From: an uncultured Actinomycetes bacterium
Lineage (GTDB): Bacteria > Actinomycetota > Actinomycetes > S36-B12 > CAIYMF01
NCBI GenBank assembly: GCA_963700455.1
Contig: CAVOXP010000002.1
Location: forward strand, 152,011-216,010
Direction: 5' to 3'
DNA: 64,000 bases
Shown one piece after another: positions 29,670 through 40,898 of this stretch; the stretch's first letter is position 1; each line of letters opens with the position of its first letter. Under the pieces are notes generated by a model. That model was not told the origin of the DNA. It did not search any database and saw only the letters and a list, made by a program, of their open reading frames with translations. The translations under genes were made by a program, and so were the position numbers.

Positions 29670-31064
29670 TCAGGGCGCGGGCGCCGGCTGCGCCTCGCAG
29701 TCGCACTCGATCAGGGCGGCCAGCGCCCGGTCGACCGCCGAGCGGCCACCGATCGCCCCGCCCGGGACGCTCCCGTCGAGGATCGCGAACGCCAGCAGCC
29801 GCCCGTCCGGTCGGCTTGCGTACCCGGCGAGCCCGACGACGCCGGTCAGCGTGCCCGTCTTGGCGCGGACCACCCCCCGGGCCGCCTGCGTGGCGCGTGT
29901 GCCGTAGCGGGCACGCAGCGACCCCGTCGCGCCCGCGACGGCCAGCCCCGAGGACACGGCGCCGAACTCGTCGGGGGTCGCCCGCAGCAGCCCCGTCAGG
30001 GTGCTGGGCGTCAGTGCGTTGTCGCGGGACAGCCCGGAGCCGTCGGCGACCCGGTCCCCCTCGGCCGCCACCCCCAGCTCGGCCAGCACCGCCCCGCCCC
30101 GGGCAGCGACCCCCTCGAAGCTGGCCTCCCCCCCGGCGGCGGCCGCACCGAGGCGGGCCAGCGCCTCGGCGTAGTCGTTGTCCGAGGTGGCCAGCATGCG
30201 CTCCACCAGGACGCCGATCGTCGGGCTCACCACGCTGGCCAGCCCGACCGAGCCGGCCCGCTCGCGGACCTGCCGGATGCGGCCACCGACCTCGACGCCG
30301 GCCTCCTCGAGCTGCGCGGCGAACACGTCGGCCGCCCGCGCTGCGGGGTCCGCGACCCGCGAGGAGCCCGTGGGCGTGCGGCGCCCCTGGTCGACCTGAA
30401 GGGCGCTCACCGGCGCGACGATCCCGGCGGCCGGGAACGACCTGGCCCACGTGGGATGCCGGGCCGGCCCGGTGAACAGCGAGTCGTCGTAGCCGACCCG
30501 AACCTTCTCGAGCCCGCGAGCACGAAGCGCGCGGGCCGTCGCGTCGACGAGCTCCCGCAGAGAAGCTGGCCGCAGGCTCGTCCCCGACCCGCCGACCCGG
30601 CTCCCGGTGGAGCGGAGGCTGGGATCGCCAGCGCCCACGAGCACGATCCGGGGAGTCGCCGCACCCCCGTCCAGGATGACCGTCCGGGTCTCCAGGGTGG
30701 CGTCCGGGCCGAGGGCGTCGAGCACCGAGACAGCCGTGACCAGCTTCATCGTGGAGGCCGGGACGGTCGGCCGGTCAGCCTGCCCGAGCAGGACCTCCCC
30801 GGACGCGACATCGACCACCTGGGCCGGGGTCCGACCCGGTCCCAGTGGGCCGCCGGTGAGCAGCGGCCGCATCGTCGCGGTGACGGCGTCCGGGTCCAGG
30901 GCAGCCCCGACGGCGGTCGTCGCCGCCACCGGCTCGAGGACCCTGGGCGCTGCGCGGTCCACCGGGTCCGCGGCGACCGGAAGCAGGGCGCCGCCGCCCA
31001 GGGCCGCCACGGCGAGCGCCACCACGACCGCGCTGCGCGCGTGCCGATCCGGCCTCCGACCCAC
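29670..31064 (-). CDS. dacB: D-alanyl-D-alanine carboxypeptidase/endopeptidase (PBP4, peptidase S13)
   Basis: ORF 29670..32009 trimmed to GTG 31062-31064 (signal sequence RSAVVVALAVAALGGGA). Motifs STMKL (SxxK), SDN and KTGTL. Confidence 0.9.
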   Translation of the reverse strand: MGRRPDRHARSAVVVALAVAALGGGALLPVAADPVDRAAPRVLEPVAATTAVGAALDPDAVTATMRPLLTGGPLGPGRTPAQVVDVASGEVLLGQADRPTVPASTMKLVTAVSVLDALGPDATLETRTVILDGGAATPRIVLVGAGDPSLRSTGSRVGGSGTSLRPASLRELVDATARALRARGLEKVRVGYDDSLFTGPARHPTWARSFPAAGIVAPVSALQVDQGRRTPTGSSRVADPAARAADVFAAQLEEAGVEVGGRIRQVRERAGSVGLASVVSPTIGVLVERMLATSDNDYAEALARLGAAAAGGEASFEGVAARGGAVLAELGVAAEGDRVADGSGLSRDNALTPSTLTGLLRATPDEFGAVSSGLAVAGATGSLRARYGTRATQAARGVVRAKTGTLTGVVGLAGYASRPDGRLLAFAILDGSVPGGAIGGRSAVDRALAALIECDCEAQPAPAP

Positions 31065-31242
31065 GCCCGCGAGGGTACCGGGGGGACCGCCCGCCGGCGC
31101 CGAACGGGATTGCCGGGCCCGGTGGACTTCCCGAGCCGGCTGCGACACGATCGGCGGGGAGCTCCGGCCATCCGGGATCCCTCCACCAGGGGGACGGTCC
31201 CGTCGGCCGGGGGGTCGAGGGCGGCAGCGGACGGAGAGCGCG

Positions 31243-32652
31243 GTGAAGAAGGTCCTGCTCTGGCTCGTCGGGATCCTCGCCGTGGTCCTGGCCGCGGCGG
31301 TCGGGGTGCTCTGGTACCTGAAGATCCCCAGCAGCCTGATGGGGATGGCCGCCAAGAGCGTCTGCTCGGGGGCGTACGTCGCCGGCCGGGATGCCGACCG
31401 CGTCTTCGAGGAGGACGTCCTGCCGGCCAGCTCCCTGCTCAAGGTCATCGCCATCGAGCCGGACGACGAGCGACGGGCCGTGACCGCCCGGCTGTTCGGG
31501 GTGATGACCCGCACCGCGTGGCTGATCGAGGACCGCGGGTGCGTGCTCGACCTCGAGCCGTTCGCCGCGGCCGATCCGTACACCCCCGAGTTGGACACCA
31601 CGACCACGTGGCCGCGCGGGGACGCGGCGCTCGCGCAGGACCAGTGGCCCGCCGGGGTCGACGCGGCGCAGCTCAACGCGGTCGTGGAGGCCGCGATGGT
31701 CGGCGCCGGTGACCCCCTGGCGGCGAACCCGCGCGGGATCGCGGTCGTCCAGGACGGTGCGCTGCTGGTGCTTCGCGAGGCGGACGGGTTCCAGGGCGGC
31801 GTCGGCCTGCACAGCTGGTCGATGGCCAAGACCGTGACCGGGATGCTGTTCCACGCGATCGCCGAGGACCGTGGCCTGGATCCCGCCACGCCCGTCGTCG
31901 ACGCCTTCCCGGCCGACCGCGAGCCCGACTGGGTCCAGCAGTGGCGCGACGACGATCGCGCGGCCATCACGGTCGGCGACCTGCTGTACATGCGCGATGG
32001 GCTGGACAACGTCGAGGACTACCAGCCCTGGTCTGCGGTCCCCCGCATGCTGTGGAGCGAGGGAGACGCCGCCGGGTGGGCCGCCGACCACCCGGCGGAG
32101 GTCCCGCCGGGCACGCGCTGGCAGTACCTGAGCGCGACCACCAACATCCTCGCGGCGGTGCTGCGCGCGCAGTTCGCGACGGACGAGGAGTACTGGGCCT
32201 ACCCGCGCACCGCGCTGTTCGAGCCGATCGGTGCGGACTCCGCGACGCTGGAGACCGACACCGACGGCACCTGGCTGGGCTCCAGCTACCTGTGGGCCAA
32301 GGCGACCGACTGGGCCCGGCTCGGCCAGCTCATGCTCGACGACGGCGCCTGGGACGGCACGCAGGTGCTGCCGGAGGGTTGGCTGGAGCTGGCCACGCAG
32401 CCGGCAGTGGCCGACGGCGAGGGGCACGGCTACGGCGCCCAGACCTGGCTGCTCGGCGACCCGCTGGGCGGGGAGTGCCGCAGCAACCCCGACGTGCCGG
32501 CCGACACCATCGCGATGAGCGGGCACTGGGGCCAGGAGGTCGCGATGGTGCCCTCGAAGGACGCCGTGGTGGTGCGGATGGGCTGGACGGTCGCCGACGA
32601 CGTCTTCGACACGTGCCAGTTCCTCGGCGACGTCCTGGCGACGCTGCCCTGA
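31243..32652 (+). CDS. Membrane-anchored serine hydrolase, beta-lactamase/PBP family
   Basis: GTG 31243 follows GGAGAG. TM anchor VLLWLVGILAVVLAAAVGVLW, SxxK motif SMAK, and C-terminal family motifs (HWGQ..., GW). Confidence 0.8.
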   Translation: MKKVLLWLVGILAVVLAAAVGVLWYLKIPSSLMGMAAKSVCSGAYVAGRDADRVFEEDVLPASSLLKVIAIEPDDERRAVTARLFGVMTRTAWLIEDRGCVLDLEPFAAADPYTPELDTTTTWPRGDAALAQDQWPAGVDAAQLNAVVEAAMVGAGDPLAANPRGIAVVQDGALLVLREADGFQGGVGLHSWSMAKTVTGMLFHAIAEDRGLDPATPVVDAFPADREPDWVQQWRDDDRAAITVGDLLYMRDGLDNVEDYQPWSAVPRMLWSEGDAAGWAADHPAEVPPGTRWQYLSATTNILAAVLRAQFATDEEYWAYPRTALFEPIGADSATLETDTDGTWLGSSYLWAKATDWARLGQLMLDDGAWDGTQVLPEGWLELATQPAVADGEGHGYGAQTWLLGDPLGGECRSNPDVPADTIAMSGHWGQEVAMVPSKDAVVVRMGWTVADDVFDTCQFLGDVLATLP

Positions 32653-32667
32653 CGCGCGCGACCCGGT

Positions 32668-34452
32668 TCAGGCCGGCCAGACGATCGGCACGAGCAGGAC
32701 CAGCGCCGCGGCCACCAGGACTGTGATCGGCATGCCCAGCCGGGCGTAGTCGCCGAACCGGTACCCGCCGGGTCCGTAGACCATGGTGTTGGTCTGGTAG
32801 CCGATCGGCGTGAGGAACGATGCCGAGGCCGCGACGGCCACGGCGATCGCCGCGCCCCTGGGGTCCAGCCCCCCTGCGGCGGCGGTCGACACCGCGATGG
32901 GGAACATCAGCAGCGCCGCAGCGTTGTTCGTGATCATCTCGGTGAGGATCAGGGTCGCCAGGACGATGCCGAACAGCACGCCGCGCGACCCGAGCGGGTC
33001 GAAGATGCCCACGAGCCCATCGGCGACGGTCTGGGCCAGCCCCGAGGACTCCATCGCCGCTGCCAGGCCGAAGGCCGCCGCGATGACCACGATCACCTCC
33101 ATGTCGACCGACCTGCGAGCCTCCAACGGGCTGAGGATCCCGGTCGCCACCAGGACCACCGCACCGATCAGGGCGGCCACGAGGATGTCCATGACCCCGG
33201 TGGCGGCAAGCCCGACGATGCCGGCGAGGACGGCCACCGGCAGCCAGGCCCGCGAGGACGCCTGCGGCGGCGCACCACCCATCTCGGCCACGAGGAGGAA
33301 GTCGGCCCTGTCGTGCCACCGGTCGGCGAACCCCGGGTCGGCCACGACCAGCAGGGTGTCCCCGACCCGCAGCGGCACCTGGCCGAGCTTGCCCTCGACG
33401 AGGGCACCCGCGCGGTGGATGGCCACGACGGCCGCCTGGTACCGGGCCCGGAAGCCGACCTCGGCCAGGGTCTGGCCGATCCCGGGGAACTGCGAGCCGA
33501 GCACGACCTCGCAGTAGGAGACCTGCGGGTGGTCGAGGTCCAGGACGTGCTCGATCTCGGCCGGCTCGAGGCCCCGCATGGCCTGGAGGTCGACGATGGT
33601 CCCGACCTGGCCGGTGAAGCGCAGCCGGTTGCCCCCGCGCAGGACCGTGTCCGGCCGGACCGGCGCGATGATCGTGTCACCGCGGTCGATCGAGGTCAGG
33701 AAGACGCCCGTCAGGTGGCGCAGGCGCCCCTGCTCCACGGTCTGGCCGTCCAGCGGCCCGCCCGGGACGACCACCATCTCGATCGAGAACCGCCGGACGG
33801 CCTCCTTCAGCTCGCTGAGCGGGGATCGCCGATCGGGGAGCACCCGGGGCGCAAGTGCGACGATGGCCAGCACGCCGATGACGGCCACGGGGATGCCGAC
33901 GGCACCGATCTCGAAGAATCCCATCGGGTCGAGTCCGGCCTCGACCATCTGGCCGGCCACGACCAGGTTCGTCGAGGTGCCGATGACGGTGGCCATCCCG
34001 CCGAGCAGCGCGGTGAACGACAGCGGCATCAACAGCTTGCTCGCCGACACGCGGCGCCGTTCGGCCCACGTCGAGACCTGCGGCATCAGCATGGCCACGA
34101 TCGGGGTGTTGTTCAGGAACGCCGACACGGCGGCTGCGGGCGGGAGCAGTCGCAGCAGTGGCAGTCGGTAGTAGCCCCGCTCCCCCAGCACCCGTTGCAT
34201 GATCGGAGTGAGGGCGCCGGTCTGCTGCACCGCGGCGGCCACCACGTAGAGGGCTGCGACAGTGAACGGCGCCGGGTTGCTGAAGCCGCTGAGGGCCTGC
34301 TCGGTGTCGATGACACCCAGCGCCAGGAGGCAGACGGTGGCGCCGAAGATCACCAGCGCGGGCGACAGGCTGCTTCGGATGAGCAGGGCGAGCACACCCA
34401 CGATGACAACGAGGGTGATCCAAGCATCAACAGACACGGCCGAACGGTACAT
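32668..34452 (-). CDS. SLC13/DASS-type permease with two central TrkA-C (RCK_C) domains
   Basis: ORF trimmed to [11 protein letters not shown] (ATG 34450-34452). Polytopic N- and C-terminal halves flank two TrkA-C-like modules ([15 protein letters not shown]..., [17 protein letters not shown]). Confidence 0.85.
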   Translation of the reverse strand: MYRSAVSVDAWITLVVIVGVLALLIRSSLSPALVIFGATVCLLALGVIDTEQALSGFSNPAPFTVAALYVVAAAVQQTGALTPIMQRVLGERGYYRLPLLRLLPPAAAVSAFLNNTPIVAMLMPQVSTWAERRRVSASKLLMPLSFTALLGGMATVIGTSTNLVVAGQMVEAGLDPMGFFEIGAVGIPVAVIGVLAIVALAPRVLPDRRSPLSELKEAVRRFSIEMVVVPGGPLDGQTVEQGRLRHLTGVFLTSIDRGDTIIAPVRPDTVLRGGNRLRFTGQVGTIVDLQAMRGLEPAEIEHVLDLDHPQVSYCEVVLGSQFPGIGQTLAEVGFRARYQAAVVAIHRAGALVEGKLGQVPLRVGDTLLVVADPGFADRWHDRADFLLVAEMGGAPPQASSRAWLPVAVLAGIVGLAATGVMDILVAALIGAVVLVATGILSPLEARRSVDMEVIVVIAAAFGLAAAMESSGLAQTVADGLVGIFDPLGSRGVLFGIVLATLILTEMITNNAAALLMFPIAVSTAAAGGLDPRGAAIAVAVAASASFLTPIGYQTNTMVYGPGGYRFGDYARLGMPITVLVAAALVLLVPIVWPA

Positions 34453-34613
34453 CCGGTGCCGCGAACGGTCGGGGGCCGCCCTCATGCCGACGGGCACCGC
34501 CGGGTCGGCCGGGTCGGGGGGGTCGGGGGCCGTCCGGACTGACTCGGCGACCGGCGATCGCGGCCATCGGTCCGGTAGGGTCCGCTGCAGCGATCCGAGC
34601 TCTGGGAGGCCCT

Positions 34614-35114
34614 GTGGACCCGCTGACCTTCGACGTGGTGATCGAGATCCCCGCCGGCAGCAGGAACAAGTACGAGGTGGATCACGTCACGGGCAAGATC
34701 CGGCTCGACCGCCGCCTCTTCACGGCGACCCGCTATCCGCACGACTACGGCTTCATCGACGACACCCTCGGCCTGGACGGCGACCCGCTGGACGCCCTGG
34801 TGCTGCTCGAGGAGCCCACGTTCCCGGGCTGCATCATCGCGTGCCGGGCGATCGGCATGTTCCGGATGAGCGACGAGGCGGGTGGCGACGACAAGGTCGT
34901 GTGCGTCGTGGCCGGGGACCCCCGGATGGACCACATCCGCGACATCCACCACCTGCCGGAGTTCGACCGACTCGAGATCCAGCACTTCTTCGAGGTCTAC
35001 AAGGACCTGGAGCCGGGCAAGTCCGTCGAGGGCGCCACGTGGGAGGGGCGGGCCGGGGCCGAGGCCGAGATCCGCGACTCGCAGGCCCGGTTCGTCCCCA
35101 ACGGCCACCACTGA
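34614..35114 (+). CDS. ppa: Inorganic pyrophosphatase (family I)
   Basis: GTG 34614 follows GGGAGG. Motifs [19 protein letters not shown] and DGDPLDALV. Confidence 0.96.
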   Translation: MDPLTFDVVIEIPAGSRNKYEVDHVTGKIRLDRRLFTATRYPHDYGFIDDTLGLDGDPLDALVLLEEPTFPGCIIACRAIGMFRMSDEAGGDDKVVCVVAGDPRMDHIRDIHHLPEFDRLEIQHFFEVYKDLEPGKSVEGATWEGRAGAEAEIRDSQARFVPNGHH

Positions 35115-35222
35115 GGCTAGCCTGACGCCGTCGGGGGCGACCGTCGGGCAGCACGTCCACCGCACGGCCGCCGAGCCGGTCCGGGGCAGACGCCCCGGAC
35201 AGCCGAGCGGGAGGGCGAAGGG

Positions 35223-37859
35223 GTGCAGGGTCTGCCGGACTACCTCATCGCGATGTCCCGCTCGCACGACGTGCACGAGGTGCTCACCCTGGGGGCGCGG
35301 GCCTGCGCCGACCTGACCGCCAGCGCCGCCGTGGCGCTGGTACGCCGCCGCGACGTGGTTCGGATCGAGGCGCTGCACGACACCGATCCGAGCCGGCGGG
35401 AAGCCATCGCCGAGGCCCTGCGCTCGGTGACCCTCGACGGACCGGCAAGCCCCTTCGAGACCGCGCTGGAGACCGGCCACAACGCCCTGCTGGGGGTCGC
35501 CCAGCTCGCCTTCTCCGGCACGCGCCCGGCCTGGGCGGTGGAGCTGGACCGGCGCGGGATCGCGTTCCTCGGTCTGACACCCCTGCTCGCCGGCGAGCGC
35601 ACCCTGGGCCTGCTCGTGACGGCCCGCCTGTCCACCGACCCCCCGCTGAACACCCACGACCTCGGCGCGCAGGCCCAGGTCGCCGCCCACGTGGCGACCT
35701 TCCTCGACACCGCCACAACGCTGGGCCAGATGCGCCAGTCCAGCCTCGTCGTGGACGCCATGCCCGACGCGATCATCGGATTCTCGCGCGAGCGCGAGGT
35801 CATCCTCTGGAACCACGGCGCCGTGCGGATGTACGGGATCGAGGAGGCCCAGGCGCTCGGCCAGAAGCTCGACGAGCTGATCACGACCGAGTGGGGCCCG
35901 GGCGCACCGGGCCAGGCGAGCCCGGCGATCAGCCTGATCAACAAGGGCAGCTGGACCGGTCGGGTGCGCCAGCGCACGAGCACCGGGCGGGTGGTCCACG
36001 CGGAGGTGTCGATGACCTCCATCGTCGAGGACGGCATGCTCCGCGGAGCGGTGTCGATCAACCGCGACGTCTCCGGGCTGATCGAGGCCGAGGAGCAGCG
36101 GGCTGACCATGAGCGGAGGGTGCAGGCCCTGCTCGACGCCTCCCGGGCGATGACGGCCGTGTTCGACCACCGCGGGACGATCCTGGCCGTCAACAGCGAG
36201 TGGACCCGGCGGATGTCGCTCGGCGGGATCCCCGCCGCCGAGGTCGGCGTGGGCACGGACTACCCCGCCGCGCTGCGCCGGGCGGCGGCGACCTCCCAGG
36301 ACGCGGCGGCGGTGCTGGCCGGCCTCGAGGCCGTGCTCGGCGGGCGGGCGGCCACGTTCGAGTGGGACTACGACGCGGTGGACCACCGGGGGGCGACACG
36401 GACCTACATGGTGGCGGTGGCCCCCATGCCGGGCGCCGGGGGTGGGGCCTTCGCGACCCACACCGACATCACCACGCGCAAGCAGATGGAGCGCCAGCTG
36501 GCGCACCAGGCCAGCCACGACCCGCTGACCGGCCTGAGCACCCGACGGCGGATGGAGCAGGAGCTCGAGGGAGCGCTGGCCCGCGCCGAGCGCTCCGGGT
36601 CCGCCGTGGGTGCGATCATCGTGGACCTCGACCGGTTCAAGGACGTCAACGACACCCTCGGGCACGAGGCCGGTGACCAGGTCCTCGTCCAGATGGCAGC
36701 CCGGCTGCGCGCGTTCGCCCCCGCCAGCAGCATCGGCCGGCTCGCCGGCGACGAGTTCGGGCTGATCCTGCCCGGCGTGCGCGACCGCGCGGAGCTGGCC
36801 CGGCTGGCCGGCGACCTCGCCCGGCAGATCACCTCGCCGCTGCTGCTCGGCGATCGGGAGCTGTTCTTCGGGGTCAACATCGGCACCGCGCTGTCCACCG
36901 ACGCCGAGGGCGGACCGGATGGGGCGCCCAACCTGCTGCGGGCGGCCGACACCGCCATGTACCGGGCGAAGGCGCGTGGGCGCAACAGCATCGTCGCGTA
37001 CGACGAGGGCCTGCGCGCCGACGTGAACCGGCGGGTGAAGATCTCGACCTGGCTGAACAGCGCCCTGGCGCGCGGGGAGTTCTCGGTCGCCTACCAGCCG
37101 CAGTTCCGCTGCCTGGACGGCCGCCAGGTCGGGGTCGAGGCGCTGGTCCGGTGGCACCACCCCGAGGCCGGCGACATCTCACCGAGCGAGTTCGTGGCCA
37201 TCGCCGAGGAGTCCGGGGCGATCATCCCGATCGGGTCGTGGGTGCTCGGCGAGGCATGCCGGATGGCTGCGGGGTGGCTGGGCATCGCCGGCCCGGACTT
37301 CACCGTCGCGGTCAACCTGTCCCCCCACCAGCTGATCGATCCCGGCCTGCTCGACATCGTCCGCAGCGCGCTGCTGCGCTCCCGGCTGCCCGCGACGTCG
37401 CTGATGCTCGAGGTGACCGAGGGTGCGCTGATCGAGGACCCGGAGGCCGCCACGGAGGCACTGGCCAAGCTGCGGGCCCTGGGGGTGCGGATCTCCCTGG
37501 ACGACTTCGGCACCGGCTACTCCTCGCTGGCCTACCTCGCCAAGTTCCCCGTGGACGAGCTGAAGGTGGATCGGGTCTTCGTGCGCGACATCGAGCGCGA
37601 CCCGCGGACCCGCGCGCTGGCCGAGGGGATCGTGCGGATCGGCCACGCCCTGGGCATGCGCGTGCTCGCTGAGGGGGTGGAGACCGCCGGGCAGCTGCGG
37701 ATCCTCACCGGCGCGGGCTGCGACTGCTACCAGGGGTTCATCGCCGCACCCGCGGAGAGCCCGGAGAAGGCCACGGAACGGCTGCGCGACCGCACGCTGG
37801 GGCGGGACATCTCCGCCGATGCGGCGCTCGCAGCCGGGCGCAGCATCTCCTGGGGGTAG
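35223..37859 (+). CDS. Sensory PAS/GGDEF/EAL c-di-GMP turnover protein
   Basis: 878 aa. GAF-like N-terminus and two PAS-like modules. The GGDEF domain has motif RLAGDEF at 36744-36758. The EAL domain is complete (EALVRW, NLSP, EVTE, DDFGTGYSSL, KVDR, EGVE, YQGF). Confidence 0.9.
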   Translation: MQGLPDYLIAMSRSHDVHEVLTLGARACADLTASAAVALVRRRDVVRIEALHDTDPSRREAIAEALRSVTLDGPASPFETALETGHNALLGVAQLAFSGTRPAWAVELDRRGIAFLGLTPLLAGERTLGLLVTARLSTDPPLNTHDLGAQAQVAAHVATFLDTATTLGQMRQSSLVVDAMPDAIIGFSREREVILWNHGAVRMYGIEEAQALGQKLDELITTEWGPGAPGQASPAISLINKGSWTGRVRQRTSTGRVVHAEVSMTSIVEDGMLRGAVSINRDVSGLIEAEEQRADHERRVQALLDASRAMTAVFDHRGTILAVNSEWTRRMSLGGIPAAEVGVGTDYPAALRRAAATSQDAAAVLAGLEAVLGGRAATFEWDYDAVDHRGATRTYMVAVAPMPGAGGGAFATHTDITTRKQMERQLAHQASHDPLTGLSTRRRMEQELEGALARAERSGSAVGAIIVDLDRFKDVNDTLGHEAGDQVLVQMAARLRAFAPASSIGRLAGDEFGLILPGVRDRAELARLAGDLARQITSPLLLGDRELFFGVNIGTALSTDAEGGPDGAPNLLRAADTAMYRAKARGRNSIVAYDEGLRADVNRRVKISTWLNSALARGEFSVAYQPQFRCLDGRQVGVEALVRWHHPEAGDISPSEFVAIAEESGAIIPIGSWVLGEACRMAAGWLGIAGPDFTVAVNLSPHQLIDPGLLDIVRSALLRSRLPATSLMLEVTEGALIEDPEAATEALAKLRALGVRISLDDFGTGYSSLAYLAKFPVDELKVDRVFVRDIERDPRTRALAEGIVRIGHALGMRVLAEGVETAGQLRILTGAGCDCYQGFIAAPAESPEKATERLRDRTLGRDISADAALAAGRSISWG

Positions 37860-37931
37860 GCGCGGCGGCCTCGTCCACAGATCGCCGGGGATCGGGTTCC
37901 CTCCTCGGGCGGTCGTGCGTACCGTGACCGC

Positions 37932-38597
37932 ATGCCCACCACAGCGTTCACCGGGATCCCAGCCGAGGCGTTCGAGTTCTACGACCAGCTGACGGTCAAC
38001 AACACCCGCGAGTGGTGGAAGGAGAACCGGGGCCTCCACGAGGACCACGTGCGGGCCCCGCTGGAGGCCCTGCTCGCCGACCTCGAGCCGGAGTTCGGGC
38101 AGGGCCACCTGTTCCGGCCCTACCGGGACACCCGGTTCAGCAGGGACAAGAGCCCGATCAAGGACCATCAGGGCGCCTTCATCGGCGTCGAGGATGGGGT
38201 CGGGTACTACGTGCAGGTGTCCGCGCGCGGCCTCATGGTGGCGGGGGGCTGGTACTCCCCGCAGGGCCAGCAGGTCCACCGGTTCCGCGGGGCGATCGAG
38301 GCGGGCCACGCCGCCGCCGTGCGGGCCATGCTTCAGAAGCTGGACAAGCAGGGCTGGGAGGTCGATGGCCAGCCGGTGAAGACCCGACCGCGCGGGGTCG
38401 ACCCGGACCACCCCGACCTCGACCTGCTCCGCTTCCGCGCGCTGACGGCAGCCCGCACCTTCGAGCCGCAGGGGTGGATGGGGACTCGAAAGGCGTTGAC
38501 GACGGTTCGCACGGGGTGGCGCCAGCTGCGGCCGGTCACCGAGTGGCTCGGCGAGCACGTGGGGCCAGCCACGGACCCCGCCCTTCCGCCGGAGTGA
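37932..38597 (+). CDS. DUF2461 (TIGR02453) family protein
   Basis: 221 aa. Motifs FEFYDQL..NN.REWW..N and FRPYRDTRFS.DKSP.K. Confidence 0.8.
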   Translation: MPTTAFTGIPAEAFEFYDQLTVNNTREWWKENRGLHEDHVRAPLEALLADLEPEFGQGHLFRPYRDTRFSRDKSPIKDHQGAFIGVEDGVGYYVQVSARGLMVAGGWYSPQGQQVHRFRGAIEAGHAAAVRAMLQKLDKQGWEVDGQPVKTRPRGVDPDHPDLDLLRFRALTAARTFEPQGWMGTRKALTTVRTGWRQLRPVTEWLGEHVGPATDPALPPE

Positions 38598-38657
38598 GGA
38601 CTCGCCCCCCGTGGGCCCGGCAGCCGGCTGAGCGCAGCGGCGTCCGCCCCCAGCTGG

Positions 38658-40898
38658 TCAGGGGGAGGGCTGGGGGAACCCCGCAGGCAGCGGCTGGGCG
38701 TGCACGACCACAAGCTCGCGGGTCGCCCGGGTCAGCGCGACGTACAGGTCGTGCGCACCACGGGAGGTGCGTTCCATGAGCTCGGCAGGCTCGAGCACCA
38801 CCACCTGGTCGAACTCCAGCCCCTTGACCTCCGGCACGGTCAGCACGCTCACGCGGGAGTCGAGTGCGGCCGCGCCTGCCCCCACCAGGGCGTGCCCGAG
38901 CGCATGGGACATCGCATGTGCCACCGGCTCGCGCAGGTCCTCGGGGACGATCACCGCCGACCGGCCCTCCTCGGCGACCCAGCCCTGGACCGCCGCCGTC
39001 GCCGCGGCAGCCAGTGCGGACACGCGCAGGCTGGGCCCGGACTCCACGGGGACGATTCGCGGCGGCAGCCCGTCGCGCACCGAGCCCGGGGCCACCACGG
39101 CGCTGCCTGAGGCGGCCAGCACCTCCGCGGCAAGCGACATGATCGGTGCCGGCGTCCGGTAGTTGACGCTGAGCCCGGCCACCGTCCAGCGTCCCGGCGC
39201 CATCCGGTCAAAGACGTCGCCCCACGTCACGGGAGCCGCCGCGGAGCCGGCCTGGGCCAGGTCGCCGACGACTGTCATGGACTTGCTCGGGCAGCGTCGC
39301 AGCAGCAGGCGCCACTGCATCGGCGAGAGCTCCTGCGCCTCGTCGACCACGACATGGCCATAGCCCCAGGTCCGGTCGGCCAGGGCCGCATCGACGACGG
39401 AGCGGCGCACCCGGCCCGCCCCGGAGTACCGGTCGATCAGGGCGCTGGCCGTGACGCCGGCCACCCCGGTCATCTCGAGCACGCCGCGGGCGTACTCCTC
39501 CTCGGCGGCCCGCTCCGAGGCGGCGATGGCCGCCGCGCGCCGGGCGGGCTCGCCATCCTCGCCGAGCAACTCGGCCGCCTCGTCGAGCAGCGGGACGTCG
39601 GCCACCGTCCATTCCGACCCCCGCTCGCGAGCGAGCAGCGCGCGCTCGTGCGCCGAGAGCCTCGGGGCCGCGGCGGCCAGCAGGCCCGGATCTGCCCAGA
39701 GGTCCGCGATCACCTGCTCAGGCGTGAGCGGCATCCAGCAGAGGTTGACCTCGCGCCGGACATCGGAGCTGTCGCGCAGGTCGCCGAGCAGGATGTCCCG
39801 GTTGGAGTCGGGGTCGACCCCCCGGGCGGCGGCCAGGGCCTGGACGAGGCGGTCCAGCAGGGAGAGGACGAACGTCAGCCGCGCCCGGTTGTGCGGCTTG
39901 CGCGAGGCGCGCGCCCGGTCCCGAGCCGCCGCCACCATCCCGGGCGTGAGCGTGATTCGGGTGCCCGCGACGACCAGGGGCCGGCTGGAGCCCGGGACCC
40001 GCTGGCGGTTGCGGACTGCGGCGGCGACGACATCGGCCATGCGCAGGTCGCCCTTGACCACGGCCACACGGTCGTCGACCTCACCGACCGCCTCCACGCC
40101 CGGGTAGAGCTGGGCGGGCGTGGCCAGCACCGCGCTGGACTCCCCGAGCCCCGGGAGGACCTGGCTGATGTAGCGCAGGAACAGGGCGTTCGGTCCGACG
40201 ACGAGGACCCCGCTGCGGGCGATCTGCTCGCGATGCGTGTAGAGCAGGTAGGCCGCCCGGTGCAGGCCCACGACGGTCTTGCCGCAGCCGGGTCCGCCCT
40301 CGACCACGAGGATGCCCGCCAGCGGCGAGCGGATGATCTGGTCCTGCTCGGCCTGGATGGTGGCGACGATGTCGCCCATTCGCCCGGTCCGCCGGGCGGC
40401 GAGGGCGGCCATGAGCGCTCCGCTGCCCTCGAACCGGGCGCCGCCCACGGCGTCGAGGTCGAGCACGTCATCCTCGACGGCGGTGACCTGACGTCCCTCG
40501 AGCAGGAGGTGGCGCCGCCGGGACACCCCCATGGGGCTGGCCGCAGTCGCGCGGTAGAACGGCTCTGCCGCCGGGGCCCGCCAGTCCGTGAGCAGCAGCC
40601 GCTGAGCCTCGTCGGCGAGGCTGAGCCGACCGATGTAGACCGGAGTCCCGCCCGCCGAGAAGTCCAGCCGGCCGAAGCACAGCCGGCGCTCGGCGGAGAC
40701 CAGGGCGCCGAGCCGCTCGGTGAAGGCGCGGATCATGGCCTCGCGCTCGACCTGTGCTGCGGGGGTCCCGGCGGTCGTGGCCCGCTTGGCGCGGGCCAGG
40801 TCGCGGGTCGCCCGCTCCGTGAGCTCGTCGAGCCGGTCGTACATGAGCGACACGGCCTGCTGCTCACCGGCAACCACCGCGGACGTCGGCTGGGCCAT
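38658..40898 (-). CDS. helD: HelD-like (class II, actinobacterial HelR-type) UvrD-family ATPase
   Basis: 746 aa. HelD-type N-terminal domain (LCFGRLDF...YIGR..L......LL.DWRAP.A..FY), Walker A GGPGCGKTV, Walker B VVDEAQELS and the C-terminal motif GLEFD.VVV. Confidence 0.85.
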   Translation of the reverse strand: MAQPTSAVVAGEQQAVSLMYDRLDELTERATRDLARAKRATTAGTPAAQVEREAMIRAFTERLGALVSAERRLCFGRLDFSAGGTPVYIGRLSLADEAQRLLLTDWRAPAAEPFYRATAASPMGVSRRRHLLLEGRQVTAVEDDVLDLDAVGGARFEGSGALMAALAARRTGRMGDIVATIQAEQDQIIRSPLAGILVVEGGPGCGKTVVGLHRAAYLLYTHREQIARSGVLVVGPNALFLRYISQVLPGLGESSAVLATPAQLYPGVEAVGEVDDRVAVVKGDLRMADVVAAAVRNRQRVPGSSRPLVVAGTRITLTPGMVAAARDRARASRKPHNRARLTFVLSLLDRLVQALAAARGVDPDSNRDILLGDLRDSSDVRREVNLCWMPLTPEQVIADLWADPGLLAAAAPRLSAHERALLARERGSEWTVADVPLLDEAAELLGEDGEPARRAAAIAASERAAEEEYARGVLEMTGVAGVTASALIDRYSGAGRVRRSVVDAALADRTWGYGHVVVDEAQELSPMQWRLLLRRCPSKSMTVVGDLAQAGSAAAPVTWGDVFDRMAPGRWTVAGLSVNYRTPAPIMSLAAEVLAASGSAVVAPGSVRDGLPPRIVPVESGPSLRVSALAAAATAAVQGWVAEEGRSAVIVPEDLREPVAHAMSHALGHALVGAGAAALDSRVSVLTVPEVKGLEFDQVVVLEPAELMERTSRGAHDLYVALTRATRELVVVHAQPLPAGFPQPSP

